DNA from: Octopus bimaculoides
Taxonomy: Eukaryota
Direction of reading: 5' to 3'
Assembly (NCBI RefSeq): GCF_001194135.2
Contig: NC_068982.1
Location: 15,889,154 to 15,942,995 of the forward strand
Length of the DNA stretch: 53,842 bases
The position numbers and the translations under genes are program-made. Below are positions 34,879 to 46,320 of the stretch, piece after piece (the stretch's first letter is position 1; every line of letters begins with the position of its first letter). The notes under the pieces were generated by a model. That model was not told the DNA's origin and did not search any database. It saw nothing but the letters and a program-made list of their open reading frames with translations.

Positions 34879-35544
34879 ATATCACGGTCTGAGTAGATGG
34901 TGCTGCGAGCTGATATGGGTGTATACACACAACTTGTCAACAAACGGGATATATTTTCAATAGCAAAACGCAGTGAGTAGCTTGTTCACCGGTTCGAATG
35001 TGCTTCAAGCATATTCGTTCCGATAATATTGCAATTTTACTTATCACTGCTTAGCGCTCCCCCTGTGTAACTTACTTACTGGGTGCCGCCAAATAGCGCT
35101 GCCAGTCGCCGTATGGCAACTGGAAAAGCATAAAAGAATTAATCTCTTCAATCAGACCGTAGCGTCGCCTGCTTGGTGTTCGTCACTGAAGAGGAGATAA
35201 CTACTCCGAAATGCTTGCATCTCGCGGTCTGGGTAGGTGGCGCTGCGAGCTGATATATTTTTCGTGACAAAACGCAGTGAGTAGCTTGTTCACCGGTTCG
35301 AATGTGCTTCAAGCATATTCGTTCTGATAATATTGCAATTTTACTTATCACTGCTTAGCGCTCTCCCTGTGTAACTTTCTAACTGGGTGCCGCCAAATAG
35401 CGCTGGAAAAGCATAAGAGAATTAGTCTCTTCAATCAGATCGTAGCGCCGCCTGCCGGTTTGAATGTGCCTCAAGCATATTTGGACTGAAAATAACTTTG
35501 CAATTTTACTTATCATTACTTAGCGCACCCCACTCTGTAATTTA
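34879..35544 (-). repeat. same satellite in inverted orientation, right arm (two units plus a deleted third)
   Basis: TTCACCGGTTCG at 34985 and 35289, with a partial third at about 35456; reverse complement of the 33628-34090 unit. Confidence 0.88.
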
Positions 35545-36102
35545 TGAGGATTGGTTATATTGAAGACGAGCAGGGACCTTCCTAAGAGAATGGTTGTAGG
35601 CACCAGCTTAGGTATCTTGGATGGGTCAGAGGTGAAGCACATCTGTTGCCAGGGATACCTAGCGTAAAAGTAGGTAAGTGCGGCTAGGTTTGGGCCGTAC
35701 AGGTGATGCTGATTGTATTGATAAGTTGCCTTAGGCAGCAATCAGAAGATCCGATATTTGCATAGACGGTGGTAGTTTGGTAAAAGCAGGTGATGAGGAG
35801 ATTAAGCGTATTGGGAAAATGTGTGTGTGTGTGTGTGGGGGGGGATGGATGCGAGTGGGGGTAGAATGCTATCGTTGCAGATAGTTCAGAATGATAAATT
35901 ATTCTGTTTCTATGACAGTCGGGTTGATGTGGGGAGGAGTGCATAAGTCAAGATGAATTATTATCATCGAGGAAGACGATGAGCTTAGAGATAAACGTCT
36001 TTGACTAAGGACGAGAGCTGATGGTTGCTGAAGGAATACGGAGAGGGGTAGAAACGTTGTACGACTTAAAGGAATAACAACTCTGAGTTATTACGGAGAT
36101 GT

Positions 36103-36614
36103 ACTTGCATAGCAAGTGACTTGATCTGAGATCGTTTGCTGAAACAAAAACAATTGCAGCGTGGAAGATGTTTATAAGCCATTTAAGAACACACACAAAA
36201 AAACCGCTAGATTCACTTCAACATTTAAATTTAATTTGTGTCAAAATATTTTCGTCACTTTGAAACCGCGACCTGTTCACTGACAAAATTCCGTGCTGCA
36301 CCTCACTTGCATAGAATGTGACTTGATCTGAGATCGTGTGCTGAAACAAAAACAATTTCAGCGTGGAAGATGTTTATAAGCCATTTAAGAACACAAAAAA
36401 AAAAAACGTTAGATTCACTTCAACATTTAAATTTAATTTTTGTCAAATTATTTTCGTCGCTTTGAAACCGCGACCTGTTCACAGACAAAACAGTGTACCG
36501 CATCTCAAGATACGACGAAAATATTTTGACACAAATTAGATTTAAATGTTGAAGTGAATCTAACGATTTTTTGTGTTTTTTTCAATGGCTTATAAACATT
36601 TTTCACGCTGCAAT
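36103..36614. repeat. 202-bp tandem duplication followed by an inverted ~100-bp partial copy
   Basis: ACTTGCATAG...GACTTGATCTGAGATCG at 36103 and 36305. 36514-36614 is the reverse complement of the unit's GCAGCGTGG...TTTTCGTC segment. Confidence 0.88.
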
Positions 36615-36827
36615 GACTTTAAGTTAGGGTAATTGAAAGCGAATTGGACGCCCAAGCGAATTGGACGCTTTGCCTTCACTGGGATTGTAGGAAACACTTC
36701 ACTCCTGGAGTGGTTTTCTAATAGTTGGTTGCAAGTTTACAGAACTATCAAAAGACTAAGCATCCAAAGCGAGGATGAATAGTGAAGAAAGAGTTTATAA
36801 GACGGAGAGAAGAGAAAAAGAAGTTTC

Positions 36828-37195
36828 ATATTTTGGCACAAGGCCAGCAACTTTGGAGGAGGGGGTAAGTCGATTACACCAACTTCAATACTCAACTGGT
36901 ACTTATTTTATCAACCACGAAAGAATGAAATGCAAAGACGACTTCGGTGGAGTTTGAACGCAGAGCATAAAGGCGGACGAAATACTGCTAAGCATAATGT
37001 CCAGTGTGCCAGCTGACCTCTTAAAAAAATGGAGTCATATTCTTTTTTACTTTGGGCACAATGCCTGAAATTTCGTGGTGGTGGTGGTGGTGGTGGGTGG
37101 GGAAGTCGATTACGTCGACCCTAGTGCTCAACAGGTATTTATTTCATCGATCCCGAAAAGATGAAAGGCAAAGTCGACCTCTGCGGAATGTCAGA
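36828..37195 (-). mobile_element. two SINE family A copies in tandem (second one truncated)
   Basis: TTTTGGCACAAGGCCAGC...GGAGTTTGAACGCAG and TTTGGGCACAATGCCTGAAA...AAAGTCGACCTCTGCGGAAT. Confidence 0.8.
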
Positions 37196-37204
37196 ATGAT
37201 GTAG

Positions 37205-37250
37205 ACGCCTCTGATGAGAACCCAGTAAGGTTCGAAAATCGATTAAAGTT
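37205..37250 (+). ncRNA. minimal hammerhead-like motif, weak stem I
   Basis: CTGATGA-GAACC-CAGTAA-GGTTC-GAAA-A-TCGA-T-TA. Canonical core, perfect 5-bp stem II, palindromic stem III AATCGATT, UUA triplet; stem I has several mismatches. Confidence 0.5.
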
Positions 37251-37859
37251 GTTCATCCCCTTTTCAGCTTGCTGAGAAATGGCTAAAATTTGCCTTGTTT
37301 ATAATTATACTATATGTTNNNNNNNNNNNNNNNNNNNNNNNNNNNNNNNNNNNNNNNNNNNNNNNATATATATATATATATATATATATATAAACACATA
37401 TGTATGTACGTACGTATAGAGGTAGGTATGTATGTACGCATGCATGAATGTATGTTGGAAGGTATGGAGGTAGGTAGAACTGTATGTACGTAAGTATGTA
37501 TGTATATATATACGCATGTATGTATGTTGGTAGGTACGGAAGTGGGTAGGTAGGAATGTATGCATGTCATTTCATGCATAGATGTGTGTGTCATGACTTA
37601 AATATGTGCGCAAAAACGCATGTTTGTATGTCTATGAATTAACCTCTTACTACATCCTAAACTTTTCGGTTGTTTTACATATTTTCAAGCTCTATTATCA
37701 TTTCTAATGCAATTTCATAAAAAAACCCCATGGCTTTTCGGTTTAGCAAAGCCCGTGTTTGCGAGACTGACACTCAGGGATACAATATACCGCCCAATCA
37801 CATGACTATATTTATGTGAGAATATATGTATGTTTATATGTATGAATGTATGTGCATGC

Positions 37860-38244
37860 GTGGAGGTGTAATGGCCCAGTGGTTAGGCAGCGGGCTCGTG
37901 GTCGTTGGATCGCGATTTCGATTCCCAGACCGGGCGTTGTGAGTGTTTATTGAGCGAAAACGCCTAAAAGCCCCACGAGGTTCCGCTTCTGGTAGTGACG
38001 AACCCTGCTGTACTCTTTCACCACATTTTCTCTCACTCTTTCTTCCTGTTTCTGTTGTACCTGTATTTCAAAGGGCCAGCCTTGTCACACTCTGTGTCAC
38101 GCCGAATCTCCTCGAGAACTACGTTAAGGATACACGTGTCTGTGGAGTGCTCAACCACTTGTACGTTAATTTCACGAGTAGGCTTTTCCTTTGATCGGAT
38201 CAACTGGAACCCTCGTCGTCGTAACCGACGGAGTGCCACAACGA
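37860..38244 (+). mobile_element. SINE family C (tail C1), full length with an 11-bp TSD
   Basis: TATGTGCATGC at 37849-37859 and at 38245-38255; B-box TTTCGATTCCC. Confidence 0.92.
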
Positions 38245-38863
38245 TATGTGCATGCATATATTGGCATCTTGGTATGTATGCATATTTACGAATGTATGAA
38301 TGCGTGTATAAATGTACATATGTATGTATAAATATAAATGCATCTAAGTACGTATGTTTGTACATACATACGAATGTAAGTATGTACATAGGTGGCATGC
38401 ATGTATGAATCTATACATACATGTATGCTTCTGCATACGTATATGACTGAATGCATACATGCACGTATGTGCGTGTCTGCGTGCGTGTATGTGCGTGTCT
38501 GCGTGACTGTGTGTGTGTGTGTGTGTGTGCTTAAAAGCAACATAGCTGAATAAAATCTGCTTTAATCGTTGTATCGTGTTTCTGGATGTGAACCTTTTCA
38601 TCTTTATTTTTACAGTTCAACTAACCTGTCAGGAATAGGTAGGGAATTTTCCGGGAAAAGTTCAATAGAGCTGATCACTGATTCACAAATACTTCTGATT
38701 AGGAAAGGTCAGGTCAGCGATTGACCATATTAATTGCACCACTGCATAGACGCCTTTCCATGTATACATACATACATACATACATACATACGTACATACA
38801 TGCATACATACATACATACGTACATACATACATACATATGTATATATACGAGTGCGTCTGTAG

Positions 38864-38903
<40 letters not shown>

Positions 38904-38913
38904 NNNNNNNNNN

Positions 38914-38950
<37 letters not shown>

Positions 38951-38951
<1 letters not shown>

Positions 38952-39115
38952 GACGCAGGCGTGGCTGAGTGATAGAGAGTTATTTCCCAACCACATGATT
39001 CCAGGTTCAGTTCGACAGCGTGGCACCTTGAGCAAGAAGTGTCTTCTATTATAGCCATGACCCAACTAAAACCTCCTGAGTGGATTTGGTGGACGGAAAC
39101 CTAAAGAAGCCCATC
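38951..39115 (+). mobile_element. SINE family B head half
   Basis: GGACGCAGGCGTGGCTGAGTG...CCAGGTTCAGTTCGACAGCGTGGCACCTTGAGCAAG...GGATTTGGTGGACGGAAAC. Confidence 0.82.
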
Positions 39116-39311
39116 ACACACACGCACGCACACATTATTGTTATTATTATTTAAAACAGTTTGATTTAATCCCATGTAACTTACAGTTTCATAGAGTCCT
39201 TACAGAAACCTATAGTTCGTCGACTGTCTGAGCCCCACGAGCGACAAAACGTTAACTTGCACGGTGCCGAATCAGACTGCTTTAAACAATTTTTGTAATC
39301 CTCTGTCGGAC

Positions 39312-40140
39312 TGTTATAACACCCGCTCCGGTATAGTAATATAGTTAGTTATACAAGTCAGGAGACGACCATCTATATCCGACTACTCGACCGACACTGT
39401 TCAACTGTTCACAATATTTGTATTTGTAACGACTAGCACATGCCACTCGTCACGTGGGAGGGAAGTTCCCTTTTTACTATTATCTCCATAACATCTCCCC
39501 TTTTAAGCTTTTCTTTTTTTCTTTAGGAGTGTAATTTTATTTCTTTCATTAGCAATAATTTTTACATCAAACCACCGATGTTGTGGGGACAAACACAGAC
39601 ATGCAAACATACACGCACAAACATATATATACATATATACGACGGGTTTCTTTCAGTTTCCGTCTACCAAATCCACTCACAAGGCTTTAATCGGCCCGAG
39701 GCTATAGTAGAAGATACTTGCCCAAGGTTCCACGCAGTGGGAATGAACCCGGAACCATGTGGTTGGTAAGCAAGCTACTTACCACACAGCCACTCCTGCG
39801 CCTATCTTGTATTATCTATTGCAATTTTTCTTTTCTTGCCAGGTAGCAATTTGTCGAAGACTGATTTTATTTTCCACAACGGAAACATTCCACTTACTTA
39901 AATGGGCAGGTTTTTCTTAGGTGTAGACCTCCACACGAAAAACACCGGCTTGTTTCCTGAATTTTGTCCTGTTTGTTCCGTATTTTAGTACAAACATGAT
40001 TTCTGTTCTGCCTGTTTTGCACTTGTTTCACTTGGGAACAATCTTTATGTTCAATTTTCTCTGTGTCGTGTCTTAAATTTACTATTTTTTCACACTCTTC
40101 TTACACTTGTTGTAAAGTTACAGCCTGGTTTTGTTCCAGC
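39312..40140 (-). mobile_element. Ty3/Gypsy LTR-retrotransposon relic: gag fragment, PPT and 182-bp 3' LTR
   Basis: LTR 39312-39493 has inverted TGTTAT...ATAACA ends. PPT AAAAGGGGAGA directly precedes it on the minus strand (39494-39504). Gag double knuckle CFSCGGLHLRKTCPFK*VECFRCGK at about 39870-39946. Confidence 0.78.
39575..39804 (-). mobile_element. SINE family B (head half) nested in the Gypsy relic
   Basis: GACGGGTTTCTTTCAGTTTCCGTCTACC...ACCACACAGCCACTCCTGCGCCT. Confidence 0.9.
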
Positions 40141-40157
40141 TTATCGTGCATGTTTGC

Positions 40158-40200
<43 letters not shown>

Positions 40201-40234
40201 AATGTATGTATGTATGAATGTATGTGTGTATGTA

Positions 40235-40680
40235 ATTATTCAGCTTTTTTTTCAAGATTTCTTGCCAATAGAGAAAGAGCCGGTTTCTAACCTAGGTCCA
40301 ATACTCTTTCATTAGAATTTCAACATCAACAACAGGGTATTTTTGTTTGTATGTATGTATATGTGAAGATTTGAATGTTTTGTTTTATGTATATATTCTC
40401 ATGCATATAGTTACATATCTAGACATACATATATATATTTAAATGCCACACTTCTGGAAAGTTTACATATTTTTACATTTCCAGTGAAGGATTGGATCTG
40501 TAATCTTCGAATCAGCTTTCTCCTTTCTGATTTTGAGAAGCCTAATTTCTCAAGACTGGTATTTAGATAATGTGTTACATATACCAGAGTCCCAATAATT
40601 ACTTGTAATCTGGATATAGTAACTGCAGCTTTCTCAATAGTTCAACGTAGATATTCTCTTTTTCACTGATTTTCAGCTTT
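40235..40680 (-). mobile_element. R4/Dong-type (restriction-like endonuclease) non-LTR retroelement, 3' end
   Basis: Minus strand EKENIYVELLRKLQLLYPDYK..VIIGTLVYVTHYLNTSLEKLGFSKSERRKLIRRLQIQSFTGNVKICK, stop near 40439, then a 3' UTR and A-rich end. Resembles the EK..KY..L...P(V)IIG.LG C-terminus of RLE LINEs. Confidence 0.65.
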
Positions 40681-40688
40681 ATGTTAAC

Positions 40689-40719
<31 letters not shown>

Positions 40720-42140
40720 TGTATGTATGTATGTATGTATGTATGTATGTATGTATATTAGTGTTTATGTTTAGTGGTGTAAACAGCGTGTCGTATTGTA
40801 TCTCTTTATGTCCAAAGATCGCGAAAATAAGCTCTTGGTTAAAATAAGTCTTTGGGGAGCGGGGGTCGATGATATCAAACAGAACGTCTGAAGGTGGTAC
40901 TTCAGAATGGTCGTAATTCAGCGACTGAATCAAAGAATCAAAGAATAAAAGAATTTCTGCAACATAATGGTGGCCTTGAACTAATAACATGAGATATGAA
41001 GATCACAACACGTTACAAAGCAAGCTTTCAGTTCTTTCTTTTTGCATTCTGAGATGCTGGGAACGTTTCCGCCAAACCTAGAAATATGTTTCATCCGGAA
41101 ACCACAAACAATAGCAGGAAACGTACAACTTTCTGGGTGACATGTTTGAACCAATTTTATTCCGCCAACTCCAGCATCTACTTTTGCTTTCATTTTAAAG
41201 AATCCTTGCATTTGTTTTGCTTACAGTTGCAGATAAATCAGCAATAACAGACATCCATTAGCACTGTTATGTTTTTTCGTTCGCTCCGATTGAGGATGTC
41301 TTTCTTTGTCTTTTCAACAAAGTGTACATAAGCTTTATTAAATTTAAAACTTCCAATACGAAAAACAAAATACATTGTCTTGATACGTTAGAATATTAAT
41401 TGTTCTTGTAAACAAGAACAAGATGCCAGATTCGTATTTTGTTTGTATGTCAAATAATTTCTAAACAATCATAACTATTAGAGGACTTCATATTTGAATT
41501 ACCTTTTTCTTTAAATAAAATCCTTATGAGAAGAATAAATAGATAGTTTTAGCTTGACACATAAATCATAAATGTGTATTTTCTATATAAATACGCCATA
41601 ACATAACATTTTGAATTCAAATAATAGCAGCACACAGAATTAAATAGTTATAATGTAAGCAAATGAGGTGAGAACTGTAGAGTTAGAGGTAGAAATACTG
41701 TTGTGCAAAATTCTTGTCATAATGAAAATTTAATTTTAAAAATACTTAAGTCACACGAAAATATATGTGACTTGAATACATTTAACAACTAGGTTTTTCT
41801 TGCAATTCCAGATATATTCAAAACCCTCAGAACATTACGGCTTTGTACTGAATCGAAAACAAGAAGCAACACAAAAGAAAACTAAATCTTTTCTTGTGGT
41901 TTTTAACTCAGAATTCAATAAAATTCTTCAGGATTTTTTTTTCACGTATGTAGGAACTTCTACATAGATAAACAGTAATTATGAGCTTTTTAACAAAGAA
42001 GTTTAGGGATCCGACTTAGTATAAACTCTCTTTAAACTCAGCTTTTCATAACTGTATCCTATTCATGAATGTTAGAATGTGATCTTGTTACCGTAGAACA
42101 GAATGTCCAAACAACTTTATAAACCGTGTTATATTTTAAA

Positions 42141-42171
<31 letters not shown>

Positions 42172-42195
42172 TGTATGTATGTATGTATGTATGTA

Positions 42196-42530
42196 TTAAA
42201 TGCTTGTGATATGCAGGAGACCGACTGGGAGAGCAATGCCTGTCATTGCCACAGATGAAGGAAGCAGGTTAAGGAAGGGGTCGACTCCTTCGAAAGAGCA
42301 TGTATTCTGCATGAAGAATTTATGCACGCTGCTCGAAAGCGCACTGCTGGTGTAGTGAATAGGGGAAGCTTGGTTTGCAATGTTTGCAGTCGTGTATGCT
42401 TGTCAAGAGCTGGGCTCATTAGCCACCAACGGAGCCGCAAATGGAAAATATAAGTTAGTTCTAGAGCGCACAATATTCCTAAAGTTCAGCAATGGTCTTC
42501 CTCGGTCACGGCTGGACGGCCATAATCATG
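42196..42530 (+). mobile_element. RTE-clade LINE, 3' end
   Basis: CDMQETDWE...KQVKEGVDSFE...CNVCSRVCLSRAGLISHQRS* (C-terminal C2H2-like finger, stop 42451-42453), short 3' UTR, embedded in (TATG)n. Confidence 0.8.
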
Positions 42531-42614
42531 TATGTATGTATGTGATAAAATAGTAATCAAAGGGGTCCATAGATGAAAAATGGTTGAGAATCATTGACGT
42601 AGAGTTTCAACATA

Positions 42615-42780
42615 CTCTTTTGCTCTTTTACTTGTTTCAGTCATTTGACTGTGGCCATGCTGGAGCACCGCCTTCAGTCGAGCAAATCGATTCATTCGGC
42701 AAAAGAATTCTTCAAGGTGATGCCCCAGCATGGCCACAGTCAAATGATTGAAACAAGTGAAAGATTAAAGATAAAAGATT
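42615..42780. repeat. foldback made of two inverted SINE B tails
   Basis: CTTGTTTCAGTCATTTGACTGTGGCCATGCTGGAGCACCGCCTT pairs with AAGGTGATGCCCCAGCATGGCCACAGTCAAATGATTGAAACAAG. Confidence 0.85.
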
Positions 42781-43704
42781 ATTCCCTACAGTGTGACGCT
42801 GATTCTGGTTTGGCACTACATCAAGGATATATGTGACCATGGAATACTCGACCACATAAATTACTGTATAAGTTGTTGAGTTTGCAGTCTCGTGGGTCGA
42901 AACACAGGGCACGTATTGGTGGTTATGTCATAAGATCTATGTACTTGTGTGTGTGTGTGTGTGTGTGTGTGTCACGTAGAATGCATGGTTATAACTATCT
43001 TTTCGAAAAACTTTCCATAATACTTTTACAGTTTAAGAGTCGTTTTATTTTTCTGTCCCATTAAAACTATGTGACAATTTATGCAAGAGTTCTACTATTC
43101 TACTAATTCTTATTCATGAAACCTTAGTTTCAATTTGCGTTTGTCTGGTTTGAATAACACAAAAAGACAAAAAAAGAATCACTTATAAGATATACGTTTA
43201 TGAAGTTTGTGCACAGAAAAGTACATTTAATAACCTTCAGCAATGAATTTGTCCAGAAAGAAAATACATATATTAAGTGAAATCTTATTAACGCAAGATA
43301 TAGATACAAATACAATAAGAAACTTTTAGACAACCAATCAGATTGTAAATAACACGTCTATGTAAACAAACAAAGCTAGCAACAATAGATTCAAGAATTC
43401 CAAATGAATAACCATAAAAGAAAAAGAAAGAATTTCAGGAACATATTCAAATAAAATGTAAATTACACAAACACATATAAACTACATTTGGTCTTGTTGA
43501 GCAAATATAAACTAGGACAGATTTCTTTTTTTAATAGCAAATACGTTAACACCAAAAACGAAAGAAGAAAAGAATAAACGAAAGCACTAAGTGTGTTATG
43601 ATTTCGATAAATCTACAAAAAATAGCAGTTAAGCGTTCCTCAAATCACACCGTTCTTCCTGAAATGATTCTTTTTACTCAAAGCTTGAGATTTGGTGAAA
43701 GGAG

Positions 43705-44766
43705 GCCGATCAATTACATCGGTCTTTGTATTCAGTTGGTACTTATTTTATCGATTCCCAAAAGAATAATATTATGCGAAATCGATCTGGATGGAATTTG
43801 AACTCAGAACGTTAAACTGGAAGAAATGCCGTTGAACATAATGTCTACCAGTTCACTGCTTTTAGTTTCTTAAATAATAGTTTCTCCTACAGGCACAAGG
43901 CCGGAAATTTTATGAGATCGAGTTTAATCGATTAAGTCCACTCAGTGCTCAACTGGTTCTTATTTCATCGACCCCGGAAGAATGAAAGGCAATGATGCCC
44001 TTCGTGGAACTTGAACTCAGAATGTAAAGACGGACAAAATGTCGCTAAGCATTTTGCTCGTCGTGCTAACGATTTTGTTTTTTTAATGGTTTCTTAAATA
44101 ATAGTTTCAAATTCTGCCACAAGGGGAGCAATTTTTGGGGAGGGGATGAATCGCTTGCATCGATCCCAGTGTCCAACTGCTACCTATTTTATCGATTCCG
44201 AAAGGATGAAGGGTAAAGACGACCTCGGCGGAATTTGAACTCAGAACGTAGCGACGGGCGAAATATCGCTAAGCATTTCGCCCGGCATGCTCATGATTCT
44301 GCCTGGTCACCGCCTGATGTTTCTTAAATAATCTTTTCTACTCTAGACACAAGGCCCAAAAGTTTTGGGGAGGGGAGGGCAGTTGATTAGATCGACACCA
44401 GCACTCAACTGGTACTTAATTTATCGACCCCGAAAGGATGAAAGGCAAAATCGACCTCGGCGGAATTTGAACTCAGAACATAAACACAGACGAAATACCG
44501 TTAAGCATTTCACCCGGCATGCTAACGTCTCTTATTTCTTTATTGCCCACAAGGGGCTAAACATAGAGGGGACAAACACAGACAGACAAAGGGATTAAGT
44601 CGACTACATCTACCCCAGTGTGTAACTGGTACTTAATTTATCGACCCCGAAAGGATGAAAGGCAAAGTCGACCTCGGCGGAATTTGAACTCAGAACGTAA
44701 CGGCAGACGAAATACCGCTAAGCATTTCGCTCGGCGTCCTAACGTTTCTGCCAGCTCACCGTCTTA
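43705..44766 (-). mobile_element. head-to-tail array of five SINE family A units
   Basis: The B-box reverse complement G(A)ATTTGAACTCAGAA recurs at about 43795, 44010, 44232, 44465 and 44682. Confidence 0.9.
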
Positions 44767-44999
44767 AACCTGGGGTTCAGTAATAACAAAAAGCACAAAC
44801 AATTCTATAATCTATTCATTAAAGATTCCATCTTATAATATTTCAATACGGACCTAACAGCACAACCACGCCTAACAGCTGCAGTGCTAAGGAGATGCAA
44901 ACTATCGTGGTGATTCACTCGGCGCCGCGGTTCTTGCAAACGTTGGGGTGGCGGTGGGGTTATATGTGCTTGAGAACTGCTCTAATCATGATAGATCAC

Positions 45000-45665
45000 T
45001 GAGAATGTATTTTCGAGGAAAAGGAGGAGGTGGAGAGGGAATGGATGTGAGGAAGAGAATGGGGTAGAGAATGAGGAAAGGAGGAGTAGAAGGATGATGA
45101 CGAAGAGGTACCTGCGTACCTTCTGTAGAGNNNNNNNNNNNNNNNNNNNNNNNNNNNNNNNNNNNNNNNNNNNNNNNNNNNNNNNNNNNNNNNNNNNNNN
45201 NNNNNNNNNNNNNNNNNNNNNNNNNNNNNNNNNNNNNNNNNNNNNNNNNNNNNNNNNNNNNNNNNNNNNNNNNNNNNNNNNNNNNNNNNNNNNNNNNNNN
45301 NNNNNNNNNNNNNNNNNNNNNNNNNNNNNNNNNNNNNNNNNNNNNNNNNNNNNNNNNNNNNNNNNNNNNNNNNNNNNNNNNNNNNNNNNNNNNNNNNNNN
45401 NNNNNNNNNNNNNNNNNNNNNNNNNNNNNNNNNNNNNNNNNNNNNNNNNNNNNNNNNNNNNNNNNNNNNNNNNNNNNNNNNNNNNNNNNNNNNNNNNNNN
45501 NNNNNNNNNNNNNNNNNNNAGAAGAAGAAGAGGGGAGGAGGAGAAGAAGAAGAAGGAGGAGAAAGAGGGAGGAGAAGAAGGAGGAGGAAGAGGGAGGAGA
45601 AGAAGAAGAAGGAGGAAGAAGAGGGAGGAGGAGGAGGAGAATAATAATAATAATAATAATAATAA

Positions 45666-45696
<31 letters not shown>

Positions 45697-45890
45697 AAGA
45701 GCCACAACAACAACGGCAACGGAAAAAAGAATGCGATGTTGAAGAAGACGAAGATAAGGAATGGTAAAGGAAAAGAAGAAAAAGAATCACATGGGGGAGG
45801 AGGAGAGAAAGAAAAGAATAAGATAATGGTGAGGAAGATGAGGAAGAAGAAGAACAACAACACAAATGAAGAAGAATAAAGTGGAAGAAG
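45000..45890. repeat. purine-rich (GAA/GGA/AAT)n tract spanning an assembly gap
   Basis: Visible trinucleotide runs on either side of the N block. Confidence 0.92.
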
Positions 45891-46320
45891 AAAATAATCA
45901 CAACATCATTTGTGGCTTATAACGGAAGTAGTTGTTTGCTTGCATGATTTTCATATCCATTGGTCCAGCTAAATCTGACGTCACACCATGCCAAACAGAA
46001 TAGTCAGCTAATGTGCATTGAACCATGTAAGACGACGTATAAGAAAATAATGAATTTTAAACAAGACATCTGAATGAGTGTCGAACGCTCGAAGTTTAGC
46101 TATTTCAAAGAACGGTTCTACACTTGGCACTGATAAAAATATGAAAAATACCATCTCTCTTTTATCTTTCGTTTGCATCTTTTATTTCTTTTAGTCATTC
46201 GACGGCAGCCATGTTGGTGCTTAGAAGATTTTAGGGGAACAACTCGATCGCAGTACTGGGATTTTTAAAAGTCTTTAGACCTAGTACGTGTTCTGTCAGT
46301 GTATTTTGCAGAACTAGCTA

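Noticed and set aside
33628-35544. Regularly spaced repeats as a CRISPR array
   Set aside because: Units are about 300-340 bp with no short repeat/unique spacer pattern, there are no cas genes, and the context is eukaryotic.
40981-41211. 76-aa Cys-containing minus-strand ORF in unique sequence
   Set aside because: No recognisable motif, no convincing splice sites, and the length is within chance expectation.
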